DNA of 64,000 nt from Nemertoderma westbladi (taxonomy: Eukaryota; Animalia; Xenacoelomorpha): the NCBI GenBank assembly GCA_032718475.1, contig JAUCBJ010002698.1:1708-65707 (forward strand), read 5' to 3'. Of this stretch, positions 1-14,100 are shown one piece after another (position 1 is the first letter of the stretch; each line of letters opens with the position of its first letter). The notes below the pieces were generated by a model. It did no database searches, was not told where the DNA came from, and saw only the letters and a list, made by a program, of their open reading frames with translations. The translations under genes were made by a program, and so were the position numbers.

Positions 1-1461
1 CCGCTAAATTTCTTAGATTACAGGATTATGACTTAGACAGTTAGATTTAGGGCTACACAGTTTGAATCATGGTTGAGGCCTGACCAACCTACTGCCTACC
101 ACGTGCCATAGCTAACCCTAACCAAAATAATACACCAAACACCCCACACTGCCACAAGCACAAGCCACTTAAAGTACGCCAGGTAAACAATGAGCCTGTT
201 ACAGTACCCCTATAGGTACAGATTACTACTACTGTATTACAGTTATGAGTTACAGATCTATTACCTGATTACAGATTAATATATTACAGTAGGCCTATAA
301 AATACTGAAATACCAGTATGCAGTGGCGGTAGAATAGGGCTGTAGGTGGAGGGCCGTAAAACCGCATTGTAACAATTTCTGCAGTCCGCATTGTAACCAA
401 TTCTGCAGTTTGCAATTGCATTGGCAAGTTCAGCTGTCTGGCAGTTGGCCAGAGCTGAACAGAACTTGAATAGATAATTTAGCCTTTCAAATTTCCCTCC
501 CAGGTCCCACATGACAAATAACAGTAGTAGCGTCCAAACGCCTACCTTCAGGTAGCCTCAAGCTTCTTTCGTCGACTGTTCGTTGCTTGCCTGCACACTA
601 TAGCATTTGGCTACACCATGTCCAGGAATATACAGTAGTGTCATAATTCAGTGACGTATGGAACCCCCCCCCCCCCCCAAGAAAAAAAAAGAATTTTATT
701 CTACAAATTAATATTACTTAGATTGTATGAAATTTTAAACAGAGTTGGTTTAATCTCTTTCCTCCACACTGGGTGAATTACATAATTTTTTCTGCTTTCA
801 TTGTTATCTTTTTGTGATTTGTTGGTACTAGTGGAAAGCTGGCTGAACAACCAATCCAAATAAGAAATGCAACAATATTTGATTTTGGTTGGGAAATAAC
901 CAAGGTGTACTAAATAACAGGTCATGCAGCGAGCGGATTGCTGAAATTAGCGTGGGCCGATCTTTTCCCTATTTATGGCACTATTTTCATAATATTTCCT
1001 TAGAAACTTCTTTTATGCTACTTTTGTTAGGTGGATACGATGACTAGGATTCATAGAAATGTAATAAAATGTCTTTCCGGAATTTTTATCTTGTAGTTGC
1101 CAAGGTAACCGGGTGCAAATTTAAATCGTTGCGCGTCTGTATTGCAAGGCACAATGGATTCTTTCCTTGAGATTTGGTAGGTGATTAAAGGAAATAAAAG
1201 ACTACCAAAATATTTTACATTTGAATTTGTTTACATTCCCGTTGCCATGGAAATAAGTATAATGAAAAATTTGAAAAATTGTCTACCAATTCTACAAAAC
1301 ACCATTTTTATTCGGTTTGTCAGTCTAAATATTAAGTTAAAATTGCCAACATTTTATTTTATAATTCGTCAATTGTGAATAATATTTCTGAAAGTCAATA
1401 TTTTCCCATAAACTAAACTGTTCAATCAGAGAGCAAGACCTGTGATAACATGATTTAAAAA

Positions 1462-1740
1462 AAAGTAAAGTAAAGTAAATTTTCTTCGGCCGCTAGGCCA
1501 GGGATTACGCACAAAGTCTGACGACTTATTTCCAGTGCGGTCCCCCTAGAACTTTACTCCCCAGAGGAAACTCCAGTACTCATTTAGCTACCACTTAAGG
1601 ATGCAAAGCAGAGATGCGCCCTGGCTGGTCCCTTTAAAGCATTCGTGCCGAAACGAAAACTGCCCTGGCCCATGTGAGGATCGAACCCACGACCTACAGG
1701 AGATGTGAATTCAATGCAACCACTACACCAAGGTGGAACC
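1462..1740 (-). mobile_element. tRNA-derived SINE
   Basis: Minus strand reads TGGTGTAGTGG (A box, 1730-1720), then GGTTCGATCC (B box, ~1687-1678), a ~200-bp body and a (TTTAC)n tail at 1462-1479. Confidence 0.75.
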
Positions 1741-2103
1741 TTAATTGATGGTTGATTTTGACATTCCAGAATATTAAATTTCGGTTAGCAATTATTAGAA
1801 ATAAGGGACAGCCACCAGGCATGTTTGTTGAAAATTATATAAGTAGTAAATAGTAGCCCAATACGGAAATTGCAAACGGAATTGAAAAAAAATGTAAATG
1901 TAAAATATTATGAAAAAAGTGCCATAAATATGGAAAGAATATAAATAATAAATGGAAAATGCAACTTTCGAATGCCCATCTCAACTATTCCCAATTAAAT
2001 TCAAATATTTTTACATATTTTGAATCCTTGTACGGCCAGCTTTCCATTAGTACCAACCATCACTATACGGTTGAAGATTAACTGTAGCATGACTGGTGCA
2101 GTA

Positions 2104-2403
2104 AGTAGTAGAAGAAGAATGGACCCCCACCCCCTCCTCCCTAGCTTGGTCTATGGGAGATATCTCGGAGGACTATTGAAAATGCTCAATTTTGACGGAT
2201 TTTAATGACCATCTGTCACCGTCAGTATTGATTCGAATCGTTGCATCAACCAATCATTGATATTCACATACGCGTAGCCTAACCTCACGATGCACGCCTA
2301 GCCCCCTCCCGGTTACTCGACTGCTGCTACCAACCGTCAGTATTGATTCGAATCGTTGCATCAACCAATCATCGATATTCACCTTCGCGTAGCCTAACCT
2401 CAC
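2104..2403 (+). repeat. Left TIR of the Polinton-like element, with an internal 115-bp tandem unit
   Basis: Reverse complement of ~7489-7788. GTCAGTATTGATTCGAATCG occurs at 2221 and 2336. Confidence 0.9.
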
Positions 2404-2407
2404 AAGC

Positions 2408-5400
2408 CAATACAATACAATACAATACAATACAATACAATACAATACAATACAATACAATACAATACAATACAATACAATACAATACAATACAATACAA
2501 TACAATACAATACAATACAATACAATACAATACAATACAATACAATACAATACAATACAATACAATACAATACAATACAATACAATACAATACAATACAA
2601 TACAATACAATACAATACAATACAATACAATACAATACAATACAATACAATACAATACAATACAATACAATACAATACAATACAATACAATACAATACAA
2701 TACAATACAATACAATACAATACAATACAATACAATACAATACAATACAATACAATACAATACAATACAATACAATACAATACATACAATACAATACAAT
2801 ACAATACAATACAATACAATACAATACAATACAATACAATACAATACAATACAATACAATACAATACAATACAATACAATACAATACAATACAATACAAT
2901 ACAATACAATACAATACAATACAATACAATACAATACAATACAATACAATACAATACAATACAATACAATACAATACAATACAATACAATACAAACAATA
3001 CAATACAATACAATACAATACAATACAATACAATACAATACAATACAATACAATACAATACAATACAATACAATACAATACAATACAATACAATACAATA
3101 CAATACAATACAATACAATACAATACAATACAATACAATACAATACAATACAATACAATACAATACAATACAATACAATACAATACAATACAATACAATA
3201 CAATACAATACAATACAATACAATACAATACAATACAATACAATACAATACAATACAATACAATACAATACAATACAATACAATACAATACAATACAATA
3301 CAATACAATACAATACAATACAATACAATACAATACAATACAATACAATACAATACAATACAATACAATACAATACAATACAATACAATACAATACAATA
3401 CAATACAATACAATACAATACAATACAATACAATACAATACAATACAATACAATACAATACAATACAATACAATACAATACAATACAATACAATACAATA
3501 CAATACAATACAATACAATACAATACAATACAATACAATACAATACAATACAATACAATACAATACAATACAATACAATACAATACAATACAATACAATA
3601 CAATACAATACAATACAATACAATACAATACAATACAATACAATACAATACAATACAATACAATACAATACAATACAATACAATACAATACAATACAATA
3701 CAATACAATACAATACAATACAATACAATACAATACAATACAATACAATACAATACAATACAATACAATACAATACAATACAACATACAATACAATACAA
3801 TACAATACAATACAATACAATACAATACAATACAATACAATACAATACAATACAATACAATACAATACAATACAATACAATACAATACAATACAATACAA
3901 TACAATACAATACAATACAATACAATACAATACAATACAATACAATACAATACAATACAATACAATACAATACAATACAATACAATACAATACAATACAA
4001 TACAATACAATACAATACAATACAATACAATACAATACAATACAATACAATACAATACAATACAATACAATACAATACAATACAATACAATACAATACAA
4101 TACAATACAATACAATACAATACAATACAATACAATACAATACAATACAATACAATACAATACAATACAATACAATACAATACAATACAATACAATACAA
4201 TACAATACAATACAATACAATACAATACAATACAATACAATACAATACAATACAATACAATACAATACAATACAATACAATACAATACAATACAATACAA
4301 TACAATACAATACAATACAATACAATACAATACAATACAATACAATACAATACAATACAATACAATACAATACAATACAATACAATACAATACAATACAA
4401 TACATACATACAATACAATACAATACAATACACATACAATACAATACAATACAATACAATACAATACAATACAATACAATACAATACAATACAATACAAT
4501 ACAATACAATACAATACAATACAATACAATACAATACAATACAATACAATACAATACAATACAATACAATACAATACAATACAATACAATACAATACAAT
4601 ACAATACAATACAATACAATACAATACAATACAATACAATACAATACAATACAATACAATACAATACAATACAATACAATACAATACAATACAATACAAT
4701 ACAATACAATACAATACAATACAATACAATACAATACAATACAATACAATACAATACAATACAATACAATACAATACAATACAATACAATACAATACAAT
4801 ACAATACAATACAATACAATACAATACAATACAATACAATACAATACAATACAATACAATACAATACAATACAATACAATACAATACAATACAATACAAT
4901 ACAATACAATACAATACAATACAATACAATACAATACAATACAATACAATACAATACAATACAATACAATACAATACAATACAATACAATACAATACAAT
5001 ACAATACAATACAATACAATACAATACAATACAATACAATACAATACAATACAATACAATACAATACAATACAATACAATACAATACAATACAATACAAT
5101 ACAATACAATACAATACAATACAATACAATACAATACAATACAATACAATACAATACAATACAATACAATACAATACAATACAATACAATACAATACAAT
5201 ACAATACAATACAATACAATACAATACAATACAATACAATACAATACAATACAATACAATACAATACAATACAATACAATACAATACAATACAATACAAT
5301 ACAATACAATACAATACAATACAATACAATACAATACAATACAATACAATACAATACAATACAATACAATACAATACAATACAATACAATACAATACAAT

Positions 5401-5830
5401 ACAATACAATACAATACAATACAATACAATACAATACAATACAATACAATACAATACAATACAATACAATACAATACAATACAATACAATACAATACAAT
5501 ACAATACAATACAATACAATACAATACAATACAATACAATACAATACAATACAATACAATACAATACAATACAATACAATACAATACAATACAATACAAT
5601 ACAATACAATACAATACAATACAATACAATACAATACAATACAATACAATACAATACAATACAATACAATACAATACAATACAATACAATACAATACAAT
5701 ACAATACAATACAATACAATACAATACAATACAATACAATACAATACAATACAATACAATACAATACAATACAATACAATACAATACAATACAATACAAT
5801 ACAATACAATACAATACAATACAATACAAT
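2408..5830 (+). repeat. (TACAA)n pentanucleotide microsatellite, ~3.4 kb
   Basis: Near-perfect 5-bp tandem array with only about five interruptions (~2784, 2994, 3783, 4404, 4432). Confidence 0.99.
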
Positions 5831-5964
5831 ATAATATAACATAAAGAACCATCATCACCATTACTATGTATATAACAATAATTGATGCAACTACAATATT
5901 AGTAGTACTGTATATTTAATAAACACGTGTCGCAACTGTCACCCAACTATAGGCATTATTTCCG

Positions 5965-5965
<1 letters not shown>

Positions 5966-6023
<58 letters not shown>
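5966..6023 (+). repeat. (TTG)n microsatellite
   Basis: About 19 perfect units just downstream of the RING ORF stop codon. Confidence 0.98.
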
Positions 6024-6033
6024 ATAGACTTAA

Positions 6034-6483
6034 TCAATGAGTATTAGCATCTTTATACGCGAGATAATGATAGGTAATATTAGCGGTCCAGAAATCACAT
6101 CCTTGGAATTTTGCGCCAATAATTTTTCTATGTTCGCTGTTGAAAAAATAAGGGACATAGTAGCAACACCGTCGTACTACATTTCTATAAAAAATATTCT
6201 CCAATATTGTAAATAAATCTCCAGGATTATAACTTTCCGCGGAAATATAAGTTATATTTCGTACCTCTTTCCAATAATAGGGTTCGTATCTCGCCAACTT
6301 CATATTTAACTTAGATATGGATGCGCGAGAAATAGGACAAATTTTAGAACAATAATTATTCATTTCGGAATATTGTACAATACATCGTATGCAAGTTGCA
6401 TGTTTATTTTCACATATATAATAATCTCGATGTTGCAATAACTTAGAATAGCAAACTGGACATTTTTCGTTTAAAATATCCAT
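6034..6483 (-). CDS. Intronless RING-finger (C3HC4-like) protein, 149 aa, Polinton cargo
   Basis: CPVC-x12-CENKH-x2-CIRC-x14-CPIS. The last ligand is Ser (TCT), one substitution from Cys (TGT). AT-rich, with AAAATG start context. Confidence 0.65.
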   Translation of the reverse strand: MDILNEKCPVCYSKLLQHRDYYICENKHATCIRCIVQYSEMNNYCSKICPISRASISKLNMKLARYEPYYWKEVRNITYISAESYNPGDLFTILENIFYRNVVRRCCYYVPYFFNSEHRKIIGAKFQGCDFWTANITYHYLAYKDANTH

Positions 6484-6677
6484 TTTCCAAATCTTAAAGT
6501 AGATTGAAAATAATTACCTCAATACACAACAAACAAATCCGATATACTGTATATACAAATACAACTACAATTTTCGATTATTTAAAATTTGATTTTTTTT
6601 TTCATGTTAAAAAGATCAAAATTTTAAAAATTTATAAATTTATAATTTAAAAAAAATTTATAATATAAGGGAAAAAG

Positions 6678-7084
6678 TCAAGAATCGATGATATTATCAA
6701 CAAATTCAACATTATCTGTTGATTCTTCAGTTTCGATAAAGGATTCTTTTGAAATCATTACAATAAAGAAAGACATAATTTTGTAGGGATTATGTTGATT
6801 TAGTTGTATTTCAAACTTTTCACCAGCTTCGTTGTATTGTGTAATAACAATTAACCCATCTATCATTGATAATAGTAAGATGTTGATTAATTTTCCCACA
6901 TGATCAACTTTTAGGTTGTAATCTAAGAGATGAATGGTATTTTCAGAAGCATCAATATCAATTGTGCTTAAAACTTTCCTGGCTTTTGGTAAATTGTATA
7001 ATCAATAACAATATAGGCTTCGCCATCTTCTGCAAAAAATGAATGCCTTACTATTGGCATAACCATATCGGAATCAGAAGACAT
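6678..7084 (-). pseudogene. Frameshifted small orphan ORF (~135 aa), Polinton cargo
   Basis: ATG at 7084 (MSSDSDMVMPIVRHSFFAEDGEAYIVIDY...) shifts frame near 6995 into the frame (NLPKARKVLSTIDID...) that runs into the 6678-6899 ORF. Same strand and composition as the RING gene. Confidence 0.4.
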
Positions 7085-7488
7085 TATTTAATTTATTTTA
7101 TTGTAAATCAAACAAACAAAGTAAAAACTTTTAAACTAAAACCATTATAAATGATTAATTGTGATTAAAGCAAGAGATTATATATAAGATATTTTCCAAA
7201 ATAATACAAGTCTTAAACCATGAAATAGCAGTATAGTAGTTATGTAGGGAAATACAGTACAATTGAAAATTATTGGGTTCTGCGTAATAATAATAATCAA
7301 TAATGTACGTGTACGCGTAGCGGGATTTCAAGTCTCATATAACACTCATACATATTAGTTCATTGGCGTCGTCGTCATCATGGTAGCGAGGGGAAAGGGG
7401 GAGTAACCGGGGGGATAGGCGTGCATCGCTGTTGGTTGGTTGGTTGGTAACAGCAGTCGAGTAATGGGGGTGGGGCTAGGCATGCATC

Positions 7489-7788
7489 ATGAGGTTAGGC
7501 TATGCGAAGATGAATATCGATGATTGGTTGATGCAAAGATTCGAATCAATACTGACGGTTGGTAACAGCAGTCGAGTAACCGGGAGGGGGCTAGGCGTGC
7601 ATCGTGAGGTTAGGCTACGCGTAGGTGAATATTGATGATTGGTTGATGCAACGATTCGAATCAATACTGACGGTGACAGATGGTCATTAAAATCCGTCAA
7701 AATTGAGCATTTTCAATAGTCCTCCGAGATATCTCCCATAGACCAAGCTAGGGAGGAGGGGGTGGGGGTCCATTCTTCTTCTACTACT
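7489..7788 (-). repeat. Right TIR of the Polinton-like element
   Basis: Inverted copy of 2104-2403. Additional degenerate unit copies extend inward to ~7400. Confidence 0.9.
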
Positions 7789-8163
7789 GGAGTATCACAT
7801 CGACAGAGACACCTAACGGTGACGGTAACAGTTCTGTTTAGCACTAGATTTTTATAAGTGTAAGCAGATTCAATTCCCTGCACTGCCCACTGAAAATGGC
7901 CTTAGTGGCATTTTACCAATTATAGTTGGGAAGGTGCCATTATCAATAATAATGTTACCTAACAACCAATTTAGGCGATACACATTATGATTGTGATTAA
8001 TATATGTTAATAATATATAACCGTTGTACTTGTGGATTATGATTCAGTTGGTAATCTGTAGAGTTGTGAGACCGGAACGGTTTTTAACCGTCGTCATTTC
8101 CGTGCTATTATATTCTGACTGTGCTATTATTATGTTCTGTGATTATAACAACAGGAAGACTAA

Positions 8164-9682
8164 AAGGAAGGAAGGAAGGAAGGAAGGAAGGAAGGAAGGA
8201 GGAAGGAAGGAAGGAAGGAAGGAAGGAAGGAAGGAAGGAAGGAAGGAAGGAAGGAAGGAAGAAGGAAGGAAGGAAGGAAGGAAGGGAGGGAGGGAGGGAG
8301 GGAGGGAGGGAGGGAGGGAGGGAGGGAGGAAGGAAGGAAGGAAGGAAGGAAGGGAGGGAGGAAGGAAGGAAGGGAGGAAGGAAGGAAGGGAGGAAGGAAG
8401 GGAGGGAGGGAGGAAGGAAGGAAGGAAGGAAGGAAGGAAGGAAGGAAGGAAGGAAGGAAGGAAGGAAGGAAGGAAGGAAGGAAGGAAGGAAGGAAGGAAG
8501 GAAGGAAGGAAGGAAGGAAGGAAGGAAGGAAGGAAGGAAGGAAGGAAGGAAGGAAGGAAGGAAGGAAGGAAGGAAGGAAGGAAGGAAGGAAGGAAGGAAA
8601 GAAGGAAGGAAGGAAGGGAGGGAGGGAGGAAGGAAGGAAGGAAGGAAGGAAGGAAGGAAGGAAGGAAGGAAGGAAGGAATGAAGGAAGGGAGGGAGGGAG
8701 GGAGGAAGGAAGGAAGGAAGGAAGGAAGGAAGGAAGGAAGGAAGGAAGGAAGGAAGGAAGGAAGGAAGGAAGGAAGGAAGGAAGGAAGGAAGGAAGGAAG
8801 GAAGGAAGGAAGGAAGGAAGGAAGGAAGGAAGGAAGGAAGGAAGGAAGGAAGGAAGGAAGGAAGGAAGGAAGGAAGGAAGGAAGGAAGGAAGGAAGGAAG
8901 GAAGGAAGGAAGGAAGGAAGGAAGGAAGGAAGGAAGGAAGGAAGGAAGGAAGGAAGGAAGGAAGGAAGGAAGGAAGGAAGGAAGGAAGGAAGGAAGGAAG
9001 GAAGGAAGGAAGGAAGGAAGGAAGGAAGGAAGGAAGGAAGGAAGGAAGGAAGGAAGGAAGGAAGGAAGGAAAGAAGGAAGGAAGGAAGGGAGGGAGGGGA
9101 GGAAGGAAGGAAGGAAGGAAGGAAGGAAAGGAAGGAAGGAAGGAAGGAAGGAAGGAAGGAATGAAGGAAGGGAGGGAGGGAGGGAGGAAGGAAGGAAGGA
9201 AGGAAGGAAGGAAGGAAGGAAGGAAGGAAGGAAGGAAGGAAGGAAGGAAGGAAGGAAGGAAGGAAGGAAGGAAGGAAGGAAGGAAGGAAGGAAGGAAGGA
9301 AGGAAGGAAGGAAGGAAGGAAGGAAGGAAGGAAGGAAGGAAGGAAGGAAGGAAGGAAGGAAGGAAGGAAGGAAGGAAGGAAGGAAGGAAGGAAGGAAGGA
9401 AGGAAGGAAGGAAGGAAAGGAAGGAAGGAAGGAAGGAAGGAAGGAAGGAAGGAAGGAAGGAAGGAAGGAAGGAAGGAAGGAAGGAAGGAAGGAAGGAAGG
9501 AAGGAAGGAAGGAAGGAAGGAAGGAAGGAAGGAAGGAAGGAAGGAAGGAAGGAAGGAAGGAAGGAAGGAAGGAAGGAAGGAAGGAAGGAAGGAAGGAAGG
9601 AAGGAAGGAAGGAAGGAAGGAAGGAAGGAAGGAAGGAAGGAAGGAAGGAAGGAAGGAAGGAAAGGAAGGAAGGAAGGAAGGA
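8164..9682 (+). repeat. (GGAA)n/(GGGA)n polypurine microsatellite, ~1.5 kb
   Basis: Almost pure purine tract of GGAA units with GGGA patches. Confidence 0.99.
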
Positions 9683-9683
9683 T

Positions 9684-11145
9684 GGGTACCCACTTTTTAA
9701 ACAAATTTTTTCATATGAAAACGGCTTTTATCATGAGGTTTTTTGTTCTAGAACAAATTTTTAACCTTCTGCCAGTACGATGCGATGGTAGCTAGTAATT
9801 TTATTCTTGTGTTTTATCTAGTACTTTTTATTAGCTAGTGAAAAAAATTATAATTGAAAAATTGAAAACAAATTTGACCAACTTTTTTCTTGTAAAAATA
9901 TATTTTATTATGAGGATTTTTTATCTAGAACAAATATTTGACCTTCTGACAGTAAGATGGTAGCAAGTACTTTTAATTTTGTGTTAGCTAGTACTATTTA
10001 TTAGCTAGTAAATGTAAGATATACCGGTAATTTAATTCTCAATTACATATTTGCATGGAATAATTTATGAGTCATGGCAGCTAGTAATTTTTATTTGATA
10101 GTAATTATTCACTAGCTAGTTTTTTATATTTTAGGCCTATGCAAAATACAGTTTTTACATATTTTGCTTATTTAGGCCTATTTTACTTATTACTACATTT
10201 ATTTATCTTTTTATTAGTCATTTCGAGAATATATTGATGATATGGAAATTGTCTAAATAAAAGGGGCACTACAAAATTTCTTTTGTAATTTTAAGATCAC
10301 TAGCTACCTTTAAAAACACTAGCCACCATAATAAAAAAAAATAGCTAACCTCTCTCAGAAGGTGAAATTTATGTTCTAGAACGAATAACATCATGATAAT
10401 ATCCATTAACATGGTCCAAAATATTATTTTGTAATTTTAAGATCACTAGCTACCTTTAAAAACACTAGCTACCATAATAAAAAACAATAGCTAACCTCTC
10501 TCAGAAGGTGAAATTTATGTTCTAGAACGAAAAACATCATGAAAATATCCAATAATGTGGTAATAAAATTGGTCAAAAATTAGGTACCAAAAATTTGGTT
10601 TTGAAATTTTAAAAACAGTAGCTACCTAAAAGAAATCACTAGCTACCACAAAAAAAAAATAGCTAACGTCTAACAGAAGATAACATTAATGTTCTAAAAC
10701 AAAAAACCTCAAGATAATAGCCATTAACATGGTCAAATAAATAGTCAAAAAGTGGGTACCCATAACATAGTAGTATATCATAATAGCCATTAACATTGTC
10801 AAATAAATGGTCAAAAAGTTGGTACCCATAACATAGTAGTACCGATTTATGTTATAAAAATGCAGTTCTATGCGGAACTGTTACCGATTTAGTTTTAGAA
10901 CATAAATGTCATCTTCTGTGAGAAGTTAGCTATTGTTTTTTTATGATAGCTAGGTTTTTAGGTAGTAATAATAATAATAATATTAAACACAAATATCTGA
11001 CTGAGCATAATAAAAATGTATATAATTTACATTTCTAAATACAGTAGTAAAAACTGTAATTTGACATCTGCCTATATTTTGAATAAAAAACTAGCTAGTG
11101 AATAATTACTAGCTACTTTGACTATCAAATAAAAACTACTACAAT
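9684..11145. repeat. AT-rich foldback-like array of ~145-bp units in both orientations (probable non-autonomous DNA transposon remnant)
   Basis: GATCACTAGCTACC occurs at 10295 and 10441 (146-bp period). GGGTACCCACTTTTT at 9684 is inverted at ~10747. Reverse-orientation units lie at 9684-10010 and 10880-10960. Confidence 0.55.
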
Positions 11146-14100
11146 TATCTAACACATCATTACGTTTCCAAGCCCGGTAAACCCAACGAAGTCCGAGTAG
11201 TGTTCGACGGCTCCGCCCTTTACATGGGTCAAGCCCTGAACTCGGAATTATTGCCGGGACCCAACTTACTCCAATCCTTGTTGGGAATACTATTAAGATT
11301 ACGGCAATATTCTATCGCTTTCGCTTCGGATATAGAAAGCATGTTCTTACAAGTCAAGACGCTGGATAGGGATCGAGACAGCCTACGATTTCTGTGGTGG
11401 CCTGAAGGAGACCTCAATCAAAAACCGGTGGAGTACTGGATGACCATCCAGGCTTTCGGGATCATCTCGAGCCCCTCGAACGCTTGTTCAGTAGTGCGTA
11501 CCACTGCTGATGACAACCGAGACGCCTTCTCTAAATCGGTTATCGACAACATCAAACGGGATATATACATGGACGACAATTTAAAGTCCCTCCCATCGGT
11601 GGAAGAAGCCATTGATTTTGCCAAGGGAATGGTGGAGTGCTTGCAACGCGGTGGATTTCGACTAACCAAATTCACTAGTAACTCCCGTGAGTTTCTGGAA
11701 TCGATCCCAGTAGAAGACCGAGGTGTTAAAGATCTGGACCTCATCAAGGACGATCTTCCAGAAACCAAGACACTTGGTTTAAAATGGGACACGGAGAGAG
11801 ATATTTTGTTTTTCCAGTTAAAACAGCGAGATAATCCAGTTAGAACTAAACGGATTTGTCTAAGTATCCTGAGCACTTATTTCGATCCATTGGGATTTAT
11901 TAGTCCAGTTATATTGGTTGCTCGGAGCTTAGTGCAACAAATGTGGCTTGAAAACCACTCGTGGGATGATCCACTTAAGGGAGAACTACTAAAGAAGTGG
12001 ATGAAATGGGAAGATTCTCTACCATCCATCGAGAACTTTAAGATTTCCCATTCATATTTTGGTCACGTTCTCCCCACGTATTCCTATCAACTCCATGTGT
12101 TTGGAGACGCCAGCGATATGGGAATAGGTATAGTAGCCTACCTGAGGGTTGAAACTCCAGATGGAATTAAAGTTGCCTTGGTTACTTCTAAGGCCTTGAT
12201 AAACAACAAACTGCGAGTTCCTCGAGCGGAGTTAAAGGTGGCTCTATATGCTACAGCCATCGGCCGGAATGTAACAGAACAGATCGACTATCCACTGGAG
12301 AAAACTGTCTATTGGAGTGATGCTTTACTCATTTTGGAGTATATAACCAATGAAGTCTGTCAGTTCAGCGTCTTCATTACCAACAGAGTAGCCATTATAC
12401 TTAGTCGCTCTAATGTAGATCAATGGAGACATTGCCCTGGGACGATTAATCCAGCCGACATCGCCTCTAGAGGAGCAACCCCTCAAGAACTGATAGATAC
12501 TCCAGATTGGTTAGGTGGACCCGACTTCCTAAGTAAAGAAGAGGATGAATGGCCTCCTCATCTTACCACGGCTGAGATTAGACAAGCCAAGGGAGCGGAG
12601 AAAGTCAAACCTAAAACCTGGACAAGTAAATCTAAGTTATTTAATCCCGTGATAGATCTATCTGTACTACACATCTCCGGGGACGACGCTGTGGATCTAA
12701 ACTCCCCCGCCACAAACAAATCTGTTATAGAAATCAGAGAAAGAGACTGGAAATCTGGAACACCAGACGTCTCGCAAGGACTCTCACCTCTCCTGCAGAG
12801 AGCAATAAATCATTATAGCTCATGGAATCGGCTTTGCAAGGCCGTCGTGTATTTTAAAAGATGCTTCCATCATCACTATTCCAGGACGAAGATCGCTAAT
12901 GATACCGCTCCAACGATATCTGAACAGGTCCATGCTTTTAAAGATCTGCCCACTTACAAAGTGTCGGATAGGTTTCTGACGGAGAAGATCAATTACCAGG
13001 AGCATAAAGAAACCAATAAGCAGATACTCGCACTGTTGTGTCCCTAGGCAAGACACTTTAGACATTAGTGCCTACGTCAACCCAGCTGTATAATGGGAAC
13101 CTGGCTTTGCTGGGGTAATGATAATAAAAGCGCTTTGAGTATGCTGAGCGTAGAAAAGCGCTATATAAATAACCAATATTATTATTATTATTATTATACT
13201 GAGACTCCTGCAATGCTATGAAGATTCTGATAAGTATTTCCTGTTGTTGAGAAATCCACAGATGCGCTTAAGGGATCGTTTCTCTAGCACAATGATAGAT
13301 GGGTTAATATGTGTTGGAGGGAGACTAACTAATGCTCCATTATCCTTTGATACTAAGTTTCCCATACTCATTAGAAATCTTGAAATACAAATCAAGATGA
13401 TTGTAGATGTTTACAGTTGGCTTTACCATGCTGGTAGAGAAAGAGTTCTTAGCGAAATTCAAACTCGCTATTATTTCCATAAACCCCGTAGAGCTCTGAA
13501 CCAAGTTCTTAGGAACTGTATACCCTGTAGGAAAGCATTCAGTAGGCCTTTAACATAGCGGGAGGCAGAATTACCCAGGGAACGAGTAAGCTTCTATGAA
13601 CCACCCTTTACCAATACTGGGGTGGATTTATTTGGCCCTATTGAAGTATATTGTGCTAGGACTATAGTCAAGCGATGGTGTGTCATCTTTGTCTGTATGA
13701 CGTGTAGAGCGATCCATCTAGATATGGTGAACGATCTATCTACCAACAGCTTCAAACTGAGTTTACACCGACAGATCGCTCGCTTTGGAACTAGCAACAC
13801 GATGAGATCCGACAAGGGAACAAACTTCATTGGCGCCAATAATGAGATCAAAGCTTACGTGAAAGATTGGAACCAAAGACAGGTGGACGATCAGCTAAGG
13901 GTAACAGCATCTAGCTGGACCTTCAACGCCGCCGACGCCTCTTGGTGGGGAGGAAGTTGGGAGAGATTAATAAGGAGTGTAAAGACCGCATTTCACTTTA
14001 TAGTGCCTTGCCGCGCATATCTCACCGACGAACTTTTGCGGACATTAATGGAAGAAATTGCCGCCTATCTTAACGAGAGACAGCTTATGCCAGTCTCATC

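Larger units (their letters stand above)
2104..7788. mobile_element. Internally deleted, non-autonomous Maverick/Polinton-like DNA element
   Basis: ~300-bp terminal inverted repeats starting AGTAGTAG (2104) and ending CTACTACT (7788). Flanks GCAGTA/GGAGTA form a 6-bp TSD with one mismatch. AG(T)-repeat termini and a 6-bp TSD are Polinton hallmarks. No polB, integrase or capsid ORF remains. Confidence 0.8.

Noticed and set aside
2254-5861. 1100+ aa ORFs (YCIVL)n / (IQYNT)n
   Set aside because: Artefacts of a stop-free (TACAA)n microsatellite that is open in every frame.
8024-9704. 350-560 aa ORFs (KEGR)n / (PSFL)n
   Set aside because: Translations of the (GGAA)n microsatellite.
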